Positions 1 through 8,320 of a stretch of DNA of 64,000 nt are shown piece after piece; position 1 is the first letter of the stretch, and each line of letters opens with the position of its first letter. Both the position numbers and the translations under genes were made by a program. The notes under the pieces were generated by a model that was not told the origin of the DNA, did no database searches, and saw only the letters and a list, made by a program, of their open reading frames with translations. The DNA lies in the IMG/VR virus record IMGVR_UViG_3300024268_000045; one strand, written 5' to 3'. Origin of the DNA: an uncultured virus (IMG/VR IMGVR_UViG_3300024268_000045) (Duplodnaviria; Heunggongvirae; Uroviricota; Caudoviricetes).

Positions 1-1
1 T

Positions 2-34
2 AAAAAAGGACAAATCCTTGCGAATTTGTCCTTT
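2..34 (-). terminator. Rho-independent terminator after the protease gene
   Basis: Inverted repeat AAAGGACAAAT/ATTTGTCCTTT with a U-tract on the minus strand, just past the stop at 55. Confidence 0.75.
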
Positions 35-54
35 CGGTTATTTAAGGTTGATTA

Positions 55-2127
55 TTACATCAATCCCATTTTTCTCATATTTTCGAGTTCGATTGCATTG
101 ATTTCATCAATGTTTTCAGTCATTTTTTCCATACCTGCGTCTTCGAGGTTTTGCTGTCTTTCACGATAAGTACCTACACCTTCGTCCCAAGAAGCAGCTT
201 CAGCCTGTCCTGCAGACTCATCAATTCTTGGCAAATACTTCAAGAAAGCATCAAATGCTTCGTGGTATGTTTTTGCGCCACGGATCTGACGTTCAAATGG
301 CTTAACAGCTTCGCCGTACTGTGATACAAGGTCGTTCCAGTAGTTTTCAACTGCAAGGCCTTTGCTTTCACGGATGTTGAGGTATTTTGAAACAGAGTCG
401 ATATGTGCAGGCTCAAAGTTCAACTTTGGCTTGTTCATCTGTTTGTATTCCTCAAACTTCTGCTTTTCAGCAGCAAGTGTTGCTTCGTTTTCTTTGATAG
501 TTGTCTGCAAACGGATAACTTGCTGACGATATGTGTTCTTGCTTTCAAGGAGTTCTTTGTTTTCTTTATCCTTTTTTGCAATTGACTCGTTAGCAATCTT
601 GAGGTTGCTCATAACGTGGTTGAGACGAGTTCTCAATACGCCGTTTTCAGATTCCATTTTCTTGTTGCCTTTTGTAAGAGCAGCAACTTTCATTTCAGCT
701 TCAGCAAGGCTTGATGTTGCTTCTTCAAGTTTAGCTTTCAAATCAGCAACAGTCTTTTCTTCTGCAATCTTTTCATTTTTAGCTGTTTCTTCAGTCTTTG
801 CAATGTGGTTTTCTTTGAGGGCAAGTTTAGACTCAAGAATTGCGTTCTGCTTTGCAAGTTCGCGGTTACGAATTGTCAAGCCTTCGCAAAGTTCCTTGTA
901 ATCTGCAACCTGTTCGTTAAGAAGAACACCAATCTGAAGATTCTTTTTTGTGTTCTCAACCATTTCGTTGAGGTCACCGAATTCTTTCTTTGCATTTGCT
1001 GCTGACTCAACAAGTGTTGTGAGTTCAGCGTGAGTCTTTTCGAGTTTTTCCTGAACTTTGTTGATAAGTTCTTCATCGTTAGACTCTTTTACAAGTTTGA
1101 GAAGCTCATTTACTTCTGTAAGTTTTTCCATTGGATTAGCTGAGTTATCAGTTTCATTCAACATTGCCTCAACCTGCTTCTCAATTACTTTTCTTTCAAG
1201 TTTTGAGAGTGTAGCAGGTCCTACATTAGCTGTCTTGCCTTCTTCGAGTTTAGTCTCAGGAGTAGCAATCTTGCCTTCGTCCATATTTACTGCATCTACT
1301 TTCATATGTTTTTCCTTTCCTTCTATAATTTTTGACTTAGGTGATGTCTCAAGAGACTCCCTAGTTTGCTTTGTATATTCAACATTCCCAGGGTTGTATG
1401 ATTGCTCTGAAGAAATGTCACCGAAAACTGACTGTGACGGATTTGTTACAATATCAGCCACTCTTTCAATGATATATGTATCTGGGTCGACAGTTTTACC
1501 ATCAGAAAGTGTTTCACCGAATCCTGATGAACTGAAGCCTACACGTCCACCTGCTTCAATAATTTCCTGTGCAAGACGTCCGTATTCACCAACGAAAGTA
1601 CCGATAGCCCAAATCAATTTGTTGGCAGTATCAATAATCATATCAAGCCAAACGATGGCTGATGTTTTGAACTGTCCTGGGTCAGCGTCGTCCATTGGGT
1701 GATCTGCAAGACCACAACCACCTTGCCAAGTATCTCTTTGATTATTGATAACGTTACGCCACAACTGTTCAGTATAAATACGACCGTTGCCATTTACATT
1801 ACCAAATCTTGATACTGGGAATTTCCAAAGCTTTCTTTCTGAAGAAATACCTTCCTCGCGGAGTTTCTTGATAACATTATCGAAAACTGCTCTTTCCTGA
1901 AGATTAGTTGTACCTTCACGAAGTTTGATAGCAGCTTTCAAAGCACCTGTAGTTTCAGACTCTGTAAAGTGCTTACCTACATTTGCCTTATATGCTCTCG
2001 ATTCTTTTAACTCTGCTGGGATTTCGTTTTCATTAAGAAGCTTGTAATCATTGTTTGATAAACGTAAAGCACTTTCACGAATGTGATAAAGCTTGTGGCC
2101 GTTTACCTCAATAAATCTTTCACTCAT
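55..2127 (-). CDS. Prohead protease (T4 gp21-like) fused to a long coiled-coil scaffold/core domain
   Basis: Motifs NGNGRIY, GLADHP, VGFSSSGFG and ADIVTNPS match gp21-type proteases; about 400 aa of E/K-rich heptads follow. Confidence 0.8.
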   Translation of the reverse strand: MSERFIEVNGHKLYHIRESALRLSNNDYKLLNENEIPAELKESRAYKANVGKHFTESETTGALKAAIKLREGTTNLQERAVFDNVIKKLREEGISSERKLWKFPVSRFGNVNGNGRIYTEQLWRNVINNQRDTWQGGCGLADHPMDDADPGQFKTSAIVWLDMIIDTANKLIWAIGTFVGEYGRLAQEIIEAGGRVGFSSSGFGETLSDGKTVDPDTYIIERVADIVTNPSQSVFGDISSEQSYNPGNVEYTKQTRESLETSPKSKIIEGKEKHMKVDAVNMDEGKIATPETKLEEGKTANVGPATLSKLERKVIEKQVEAMLNETDNSANPMEKLTEVNELLKLVKESNDEELINKVQEKLEKTHAELTTLVESAANAKKEFGDLNEMVENTKKNLQIGVLLNEQVADYKELCEGLTIRNRELAKQNAILESKLALKENHIAKTEETAKNEKIAEEKTVADLKAKLEEATSSLAEAEMKVAALTKGNKKMESENGVLRTRLNHVMSNLKIANESIAKKDKENKELLESKNTYRQQVIRLQTTIKENEATLAAEKQKFEEYKQMNKPKLNFEPAHIDSVSKYLNIRESKGLAVENYWNDLVSQYGEAVKPFERQIRGAKTYHEAFDAFLKYLPRIDESAGQAEAASWDEGVGTYRERQQNLEDAGMEKMTENIDEINAIELENMRKMGLM

Positions 2128-2257
2128 TTTATTCTCCCATATAATGAAGCATATATTGCTCCCACGAAGTTAACTATAATTAGTTAGTATTTATTTATAT
2201 TGAACGCTGCCCCAGGCTAAAGACCTGGGACATTCCATAGTTGCTTACGAGCCGAAA

Positions 2258-3454
2258 CTAAGGCTCGATGGCAACGTGGACTTCCTGCTTCGCAGAACTT
2301 CGTGGTTCTTCACAGGCATTTGTACTTTCGGCTCGTTCCCTGCCTACTACGCCCAGACTAGTAACACCCTTATTCAAGATGTTCAGGGCTGCATTTATAT
2401 CTCTGTCGTGTTCAGAAGCGCAGACAGGACATTTCCACTTTTCAACCCCTAAGACTACATTTGGGTTTACATACCCACAAGTATGACAAGTCTTAGAAGT
2501 ATTCTTTGCTGAAACTTTCACTAAAGTAGTTTTGTAGGCTATCATACTTCTTAGCATACCAAAACCTTGGTCACCAACTGCTCTTCCGTGATGCATTTGT
2601 GCCATAGACTGCAAGTTGATGTCTTCAACAACGACATACTGATACTTTTGTGCCAAGTCGTAAGACAACTTATGCAACCAGTCTTGTCTTTGCCAAGAAA
2701 CCTTTTCGTGAAGTTTAGCAACTTTATATTTTGCTTTGTAATAGTTTTGAGACTGTTCTTGTTTTCCTTTCACAAACTTCTTGCTCAAAAGTTTCTGATA
2801 GTGAGCTAACTGCTTTTCCTTTTCTCTTAGAAAACGAGGACACTTGACTTTCGTGCCATCGCTTAGAGTAAGGAAAACGTCATCCCTACAGTTCCAGTCT
2901 ATTCCTATTGCTTTGCCGTTATTATTCTTGGGTTCATCTTTCTTTTCAACACAAATAGATACAAACCATTTGCCAGTAGCAGTTCTGCTTATAGTTACGT
3001 TCTTTAGCTTTCCTTCACAGAACTGACAATAGTATGCACCTTTTAGAAGTCCAAGTTTTCTTGTTATGAAGAGCTTTCCGTTTACAAACTTTGGCTTTGC
3101 CATAGCAGTGTAGCCAATAGACTCTTTCATATTCTTCTTTGACTTGAACTTTGGTGGCTTTACGAACTTTCCTTTTCTTGTACCATTGCAAGACGCAAAG
3201 AAGTTTCTGAACGCTTGTGTTAGGTCGTTCCAAACGTCTGCCATAGCAGTACTGTCTATTTCTTTACACCATTCAAGTGCTTCTGGCTTATACATTGAAA
3301 ATGTTTCTTTGTATGAAGTAAGCTTGTAAGAATGGTCTGCGTTCTTATTTGCAAGTGAGATGTTCCAATAGAGTCTTTTCAAACCGAGTTCTTTACATAG
3401 AAATGTTTCTTGTCCCTTTGTAGGGAAGATACGATATTTATACGCTTTTAGCAT
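2258..3454 (-). CDS. tnpB: TnpB RNA-guided endonuclease (start re-called at MLKAYKYR)
   Basis: KAYKYRIFP N-terminus; RuvC IGIDW / VVVED / DRDINAA; CxxC..CxxC zinc finger; SD GGAGG before ATG 3454. Confidence 0.93.
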   Translation of the reverse strand: MLKAYKYRIFPTKGQETFLCKELGLKRLYWNISLANKNADHSYKLTSYKETFSMYKPEALEWCKEIDSTAMADVWNDLTQAFRNFFASCNGTRKGKFVKPPKFKSKKNMKESIGYTAMAKPKFVNGKLFITRKLGLLKGAYYCQFCEGKLKNVTISRTATGKWFVSICVEKKDEPKNNNGKAIGIDWNCRDDVFLTLSDGTKVKCPRFLREKEKQLAHYQKLLSKKFVKGKQEQSQNYYKAKYKVAKLHEKVSWQRQDWLHKLSYDLAQKYQYVVVEDINLQSMAQMHHGRAVGDQGFGMLRSMIAYKTTLVKVSAKNTSKTCHTCGYVNPNVVLGVEKWKCPVCASEHDRDINAALNILNKGVTSLGVVGRERAESTNACEEPRSSAKQEVHVAIEP

Positions 3455-3876
3455 CCGTTCCTCCCTTGGTCTTCTAAGTATTTTGCTACTGTATCTGCGG
3501 AAACATTTCCTACTGAACCACAATAGTATCCACGTGTGAAGAGATGATGACTTCTATGGTAAAACTTCTTGAGCCAAGGACCATAGTTATCCCAAGCCCA
3601 GATATTTGCTTCTTGTTTCAGAACTCTTACTATTTGGTCTGGTGACAATGTAGGAATACTCCTTACAAGAATGTGTATATGGTCTGGCTTAGAATAGTCC
3701 AAGTCTATTGTATCTATTGAAAAGTCATAGTTTGAAGAAATGTCAAGAAACTTTTGTTTCAAAGCGTCACCAAAGTCGTGGAAAGAAAATATCTTCCTTC
3801 TATACTTTGCCACGAATATCAAGTGGTACATTATGAGATGCTTTGAATGTGCTGAACTTTCAAGTTTTCTTGCCAT
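3448..3876 (-). CDS. tnpA: Y1 HUH transposase TnpA
   Basis: YHLIFVAKYRR, DHIHIL (HUH), GYYCGSVG and KYLEDQ motifs. Confidence 0.95.
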   Translation of the reverse strand: MARKLESSAHSKHLIMYHLIFVAKYRRKIFSFHDFGDALKQKFLDISSNYDFSIDTIDLDYSKPDHIHILVRSIPTLSPDQIVRVLKQEANIWAWDNYGPWLKKFYHRSHHLFTRGYYCGSVGNVSADTVAKYLEDQGRNGC

Positions 3877-4045
3877 ATCTATTTAGTATTATATTATCTC
3901 AAAAGTTTATACATTTCAAGTTTTCTTTGTATTTTGTATAAACTTTTATATATTTAGTAGCATTGGGCGTAAAGCAAAAGTACGACTTTGTGTTGCTACA
4001 TGCCCCACACTAAAGATGTGGGACTTTTACGCAACACGCTATAAA

Positions 4046-4145
4046 NNNNNNNNNNNNNNNNNNNNNNNNNNNNNNNNNNNNNNNNNNNNNNNNNNNNNNN
4101 NNNNNNNNNNNNNNNNNNNNNNNNNNNNNNNNNNNNNNNNNNNNN
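4046..4145. other. Scaffold gap (100 N) flanked by an exact 127-nt duplication
   Basis: 3919-4045 is identical to 4146-4272. Confidence 0.95.
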
Positions 4146-4267
4146 AGTTTTCTTTGTATTTTGTATAAACTTTTATATATTTAGTAGCATTGGGCGTAAA
4201 GCAAAAGTACGACTTTGTGTTGCTACATGCCCCACACTAAAGATGTGGGACTTTTACGCAACACGCT

Positions 4268-4572
4268 ATAAACATCCACATCGTGCATCTCGTGGAAGAA
4301 GCGATTATTGTCAATTGTATGAGGATGGATATGAGAAAAGTAGTTAAACTTAAATCTTTTTTCAGGATTAAGAATATGTTCATAAGCAGACCGTCTCAAA
4401 ACCTGTACATCAGGAGATTTATTATCAACAACAATAAAACCGTCATCACAGTAAAGATTAGAGACTTTATAAGGGTCAAGTCCTATATCAATTGCGGCTG
4501 GGTAATTACTTTTAATGTTTCAACAAGATCTGCTTGACCTTCAATGAGAGTGCCATCACTAAACTTAAACAT
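4268..4572 (-). pseudogene. Hypothetical gene with a frameshift near 4518, interrupted near its 3' end by the IS605 element
   Basis: ACTAAAT-N4-ATG start; MFKFSDG..VE continues in another frame as IKSNYPAA..DVDVY; the empty-site join would end GTT TAT TAT AAA TAA. Confidence 0.55.
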
Positions 4573-4583
4573 ATAAATTTAGT

Positions 4584-6215
4584 TTAGTCAAAGCCTTTTA
4601 TCCTTTGTAAGAATTGCTTAGGGAGCCACTTTTGATATTTTGTAACCCAGTATCTGAATGAAGAGTCAAGTATGAAAGTTGCAGAATGGTCTTCAGCAGA
4701 ACGGGTTGAACGCCCACAAGCTTGAACCAAGTTCTTCAACATTTGACAAGTGTACCAATCAGAATTGATTTCAGACTTCTTTTTTGTTCTTGGGTCACCA
4801 AGTGAAGAGAACGGCATTTTTACAACAATTTGGAATCTTGACAAGTCATCTTTTAAGTCAACACCCGTTGTCATTGAAGGTGAAAGAAGAACAGTGTTTT
4901 GTGATCTTTCGTGTATCTTCAATAGGTTTTGATTTGTTACATCTTCACTTGCTTTTATCAAGAAGCGGTCGTGATTTTGTTTATGTATGAGAATGCTGTT
5001 CCATATTCTATCAGCAACTTTATAATTGCCCGTATGAATAATGCCTTTATCATTTGGCTTCCTTTGCATAATAAAGTCGATTGCCTGACAAGCTTTAGGA
5101 AGAGATTCTTCAATATTCTGATAACTCATACTTCCGCAAGGCATAAAATAAATAGGTGACTTACTTGGGTCAAAAGAGGACTCAACTTTTACAACAAGAC
5201 ACTGCTCTGGGTCGATACCCAATTCTTTTATAAAGCCATCAGTGTCAAGAATTGTTGCAGACATAAAGATAAACTTATCAGCCCAGTTGTTACAGAACTT
5301 ATGAAACAAAGAGTCAACATTTAATGGAGTAAATGTCAAATGTCCTTCAGAGTCACAAGCAATGATCCAATCATCTTTTTTCTGATAATTGAATACTTCC
5401 ATCTTTTTGTAAAGTTTATCAATATCGTAATAAAGCTTATGTGTTTTCGATAAGATGTCAAGAGTATCTTCATCAAGGTCCTCAGGACTTTCTTCACCCA
5501 TCTCCTCTTTCATCATATCAAACAATTCATTTCTTTTATTTACAACTGCATCATAGGTAACAGCAAATCTTGCTTTATTACTTTCTGTCCAACCATCTTC
5601 AGTAAAACGTTGAATGTGCATTTCTCTATCAGGATGATTGTCAAACAAGCCATACATTCTATCAAGATGCTCTGGGTCAATTGTAAAAGAAGCAAAATTG
5701 ATAAGCTGATCTTCAATAAGATGGCATTCATCAAAAACCATCAACTTTCTTGGCTTCCATAAACTGCTGCAATCGAAGGCGCGGAATATATATGCATAAG
5801 ATGTAAGTACAATTGGAGACTCAAGGGCCTTTCTTCGAAGAGAATAATACTTACAAGTGAACATACACTTAGGTGGCTCTGCGCTTGCTTTTCTTAATGT
5901 ACAAGGACCATTTTCACAGTTAAGACGGCCATTTCTATCACAAGGGTAATTTGCTTTGCCTTTGATAGAAACCATATTTCTTTCGTGAGCAAAGTCATCA
6001 ACATACTGCTGCTGAAGTTGTTTTGTTTCTGTAATAATAAAAGAATTCTCACACCAATTGGCTGCTGTTTTTGCAATGCCTGACTTACCTGTACCAACGT
6101 CACACTGCAAAATAAAATACTTCTTCTTATCCCAGTTTTTTACAATTTCAGACAACACTCTTTCCTGCTCAGGACGAATATTATCATACGGGAAATATTT
6201 TTTGTAGTCTATCAT
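4584..6215 (-). CDS. DinG/Rad3-like SF2 helicase
   Basis: GTGKS Walker A, DECH, SAT, GVD and QACGRSTRS motifs; Cys cluster compatible with an Fe-S site. Confidence 0.9.
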   Translation of the reverse strand: MIDYKKYFPYDNIRPEQERVLSEIVKNWDKKKYFILQCDVGTGKSGIAKTAANWCENSFIITETKQLQQQYVDDFAHERNMVSIKGKANYPCDRNGRLNCENGPCTLRKASAEPPKCMFTCKYYSLRRKALESPIVLTSYAYIFRAFDCSSLWKPRKLMVFDECHLIEDQLINFASFTIDPEHLDRMYGLFDNHPDREMHIQRFTEDGWTESNKARFAVTYDAVVNKRNELFDMMKEEMGEESPEDLDEDTLDILSKTHKLYYDIDKLYKKMEVFNYQKKDDWIIACDSEGHLTFTPLNVDSLFHKFCNNWADKFIFMSATILDTDGFIKELGIDPEQCLVVKVESSFDPSKSPIYFMPCGSMSYQNIEESLPKACQAIDFIMQRKPNDKGIIHTGNYKVADRIWNSILIHKQNHDRFLIKASEDVTNQNLLKIHERSQNTVLLSPSMTTGVDLKDDLSRFQIVVKMPFSSLGDPRTKKKSEINSDWYTCQMLKNLVQACGRSTRSAEDHSATFILDSSFRYWVTKYQKWLPKQFLQRIKGFD

Positions 6216-6223
6216 ATTTTAGA

Positions 6224-6231
6224 ATATTAAC
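6224..6231 (-). promoter_or_regulatory. Putative middle-class promoter motif GTTAATAT (representative copy)
   Basis: Recurs just upstream of genes at 17157, 18747, 21333, 23341, 25540, 30648, 35579, 38677 (-) and 52217, 52535 (+); variant GTTAATTT at 33976 and 40166. Confidence 0.65.
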
Positions 6232-6313
6232 AATAAAAGAACAGTGCAAATGACTTTAACGGGAAACACTATCTTTATTAGTTTGAATAATTTATAGTTG
6301 TCTATGTGTATCA

Positions 6314-7057
6314 TTAAAGACTCCTTAAGTCATTGATAATTGTCTTGGCATCTTTAGGTGAAATGATTTTGAAGTAATCTTGATACTTAGACCAATTCTT
6401 ATCTCTTATAAAGAAATCAGCTTGAATGTCAGAATAAAAATAAATGTTATGAATAGGACAACCGTAAAAAGTTGAAGAATAGATTTTTGGCGGCAAAATT
6501 CTTTCAACGAAAATGTCAGTCAAAAGCATACTTCCTTCAAAAGCTTTTTTGCCAATCATCTCTAAAGGATTTTGTATTTTGATGAATCTTAAGCTTGAAG
6601 TTTGAAAAGCTTCATCTTCAATATGTTCAACTTCATTTAAGTTGATTGTTTTTAGATTAAGACACCCTGCGAAACAGCTGTTTGGAATGTTTTTGATATT
6701 GCTTGGGATGTCGATTGTTTCAAGGCCTGAATATGCAAATGAACTTTCTGATAAGTTTGCAACATTTGAAAAATTGAAGTTCTTTAATCGTGAACAAAAA
6801 GAAAAAGCTTCCTTCGCAATAATTTCAGGAAACCCGTCAAAACGTATTAAATTTTTACAATTCGCAAAAGCTCTTTCACCAATAATTTTTGTTTGTTCAC
6901 CACATATCACACAGGATAAGCCGACTGAACCTTCAAAACTTCTGGGCATAATATTTCCATCATAACCCATCATTTCGGCTACATAGAAAATATCATCAAT
7001 TTTGCGACACTTTTTAATGTCTTTTTCTTTTTCAATTTTTATTGTTTTTGTATTCAT
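6314..7057 (-). CDS. BspA-type leucine-rich repeat protein (LRR_5)
   Basis: Repeats IGERAFANCKNL, IAKEAFSFCSRL, IPNSCFAGCLNL, IGKKAFEG. Confidence 0.85.
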   Translation of the reverse strand: MNTKTIKIEKEKDIKKCRKIDDIFYVAEMMGYDGNIMPRSFEGSVGLSCVICGEQTKIIGERAFANCKNLIRFDGFPEIIAKEAFSFCSRLKNFNFSNVANLSESSFAYSGLETIDIPSNIKNIPNSCFAGCLNLKTINLNEVEHIEDEAFQTSSLRFIKIQNPLEMIGKKAFEGSMLLTDIFVERILPPKIYSSTFYGCPIHNIYFYSDIQADFFIRDKNWSKYQDYFKIISPKDAKTIINDLRSL

Positions 7058-7278
7058 TTTTTAGATAATGTTTCCAAGTCATTGGCCCAGCCTTGATTGT
7101 AAAGCAACTCGTTGAGTTTTCTGCAATCATCTTCACAAGCGTAAGCCTTGAGCTTGATAATACCTCCGTTCCCAAGTTTTTCAATTTTAACTTCGGAAAC
7201 GAATTCTTCTGTTAGGATGCCTTCAACTGTCTTGCAAGCATCGGCTACATTTGTTCTTTTGAACCAAGCTGCACTCAT
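7054..7278 (-). CDS. Hypothetical protein
   Basis: SD GGAGG; lies downstream of an early-type promoter. Confidence 0.65.
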   Translation of the reverse strand: MSAAWFKRTNVADACKTVEGILTEEFVSEVKIEKLGNGGIIKLKAYACEDDCRKLNELLYNQGWANDLETLSKK

Positions 7279-7318
7279 TTGAATTACCTCCGTTTCATCA
7301 GATTTCCTCCCAGTTATC

Positions 7319-7354
7319 CAATAATAATATAAAAAGAAGTTCTGAGAAGTTTAA
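7319..7354 (-). promoter_or_regulatory. Putative early promoter TTAAAC-N17-TATATT-ATTATTG
   Basis: One of six near-identical copies with a 17-nt spacer. Confidence 0.75.
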
Positions 7355-7593
7355 TTTATATTAACACTTTCAAGCACAAATTCAAGATCTTCTTTTTTCT
7401 TTCCTGAATTATAAACAAGTTCAAAAATGTCTTTAATGTTTGTAAATGTTTCCTGAAGAACAGGCAACTTTTCAGATGCTTCTTTTGTCAAATAAATAGG
7501 ATACTTTGCAACTTCTAAACCATCGTCATCAACAATGATTATAAAAAGCATTCTTTCTTCGTCGCCTTTAACGTCCTTAAAAACTAATTTCAT
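7351..7593 (-). CDS. Hypothetical protein
   Basis: ORF in a tightly packed operon with an SD. Confidence 0.6.
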   Translation of the reverse strand: MKLVFKDVKGDEERMLFIIIVDDDGLEVAKYPIYLTKEASEKLPVLQETFTNIKDIFELVYNSGKKKEDLEFVLESVNIN

Positions 7594-7940
7594 AAGTTTT
7601 CAAACTCCTTACGATGATGTGTTTCAATAACGCAAGTAATAATTTTATGTGTATCAGCGTCACATACAATCGTAATCAATTTATCTTCAACTCTTAATGT
7701 AAAGTATTCTGAATGCCGCCCTTTGTTGTCATACTTTGTATGAGGCTCTGTTGTTTTCAAAACACTTAAGATATAAGCACGCGAATCTTCATTCAATGGT
7801 ACACCAACTCTTTCAGCATATACTTGATAAAAGTATTTTGTAAAAGAGTAATCCTTAGTATTTTCCACTTTCAATTTTCTCCCTGTTTTCAAAGAAGATT
7901 GAAAGTTGCTTTGGGTCCTGAGCAATTTGAGTACCCGCAA
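7590..7940 (-). CDS. Hypothetical protein, possible RelE/BECR-like fold (true start probably downstream)
   Basis: FTKYFYQVYAER...IVCDADTHKIITC pattern. Confidence 0.4.
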   Translation of the reverse strand: MRVLKLLRTQSNFQSSLKTGRKLKVENTKDYSFTKYFYQVYAERVGVPLNEDSRAYILSVLKTTEPHTKYDNKGRHSEYFTLRVEDKLITIVCDADTHKIITCVIETHHRKEFENL

Positions 7941-8292
7941 TTAAACCCATATCATAAATGGCTTTTATGATATTCTTGAAATCTTCTTTGGCAACATCCT
8001 GATAACTCAAAATTAGTTTTCCGTCTCTCGTAATATTATCTATCACGCCTAAAAAGTATTCAAACAATAAATCATAATTCTTTTCAACATAGAAGTCTGA
8101 AATGTTTTGATTTAAATTTTCAATGGCTTCAGTCTTGTTCGCGCTCTTCTTTGCATTTGATTGAATTATAGAAACTACACCATCAGAGAAAGCTCTCTGA
8201 AGTAAGTTGACAACTTTTGATGCTACATACTCATCTTTAATTACTTTCTTTACCTCATCTTTGTAATAAGGTAACTTTGAATTGATTGTCAT
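7855..8292 (-). CDS. Hypothetical protein
   Basis: SD GGAGG and an ACTAAAT motif upstream. Confidence 0.65.
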   Translation of the reverse strand: MTINSKLPYYKDEVKKVIKDEYVASKVVNLLQRAFSDGVVSIIQSNAKKSANKTEAIENLNQNISDFYVEKNYDLLFEYFLGVIDNITRDGKLILSYQDVAKEDFKNIIKAIYDMGLIAGTQIAQDPKQLSIFFENREKIESGKY

Positions 8293-8320
8293 AAAACCTC
8301 CGACATTTATATTATTTAGT

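Larger units (their letters stand above)
2200..4267 (-). mobile_element. IS200/IS605-family element (tnpA + tnpB); true left end at 4040 once the assembly duplication is collapsed
   Basis: Subterminal hairpins with the same loop (minus strand CCCACA-TCTTTAG-TGTGGG and CCCAGG-TCTTTAG-CCTGGG); right end ...TTCAA; left end preceded by TTTAT. Confidence 0.85.

Noticed and set aside
403..1702. Plus-strand ORFs overlapping the protease gene, and similar antisense ORFs across the window
   Set aside because: Ser/Phe/Leu-rich antisense shadows of E/K-rich genes, with no SD or recognisable motifs.
3919..4272. 127-nt direct repeat of the IS left end on both sides of the N gap
   Set aside because: An exact copy flanking a 100-N gap, with a length equal to a common assembler k-mer; most likely an unmerged contig overlap, not a biological duplication.
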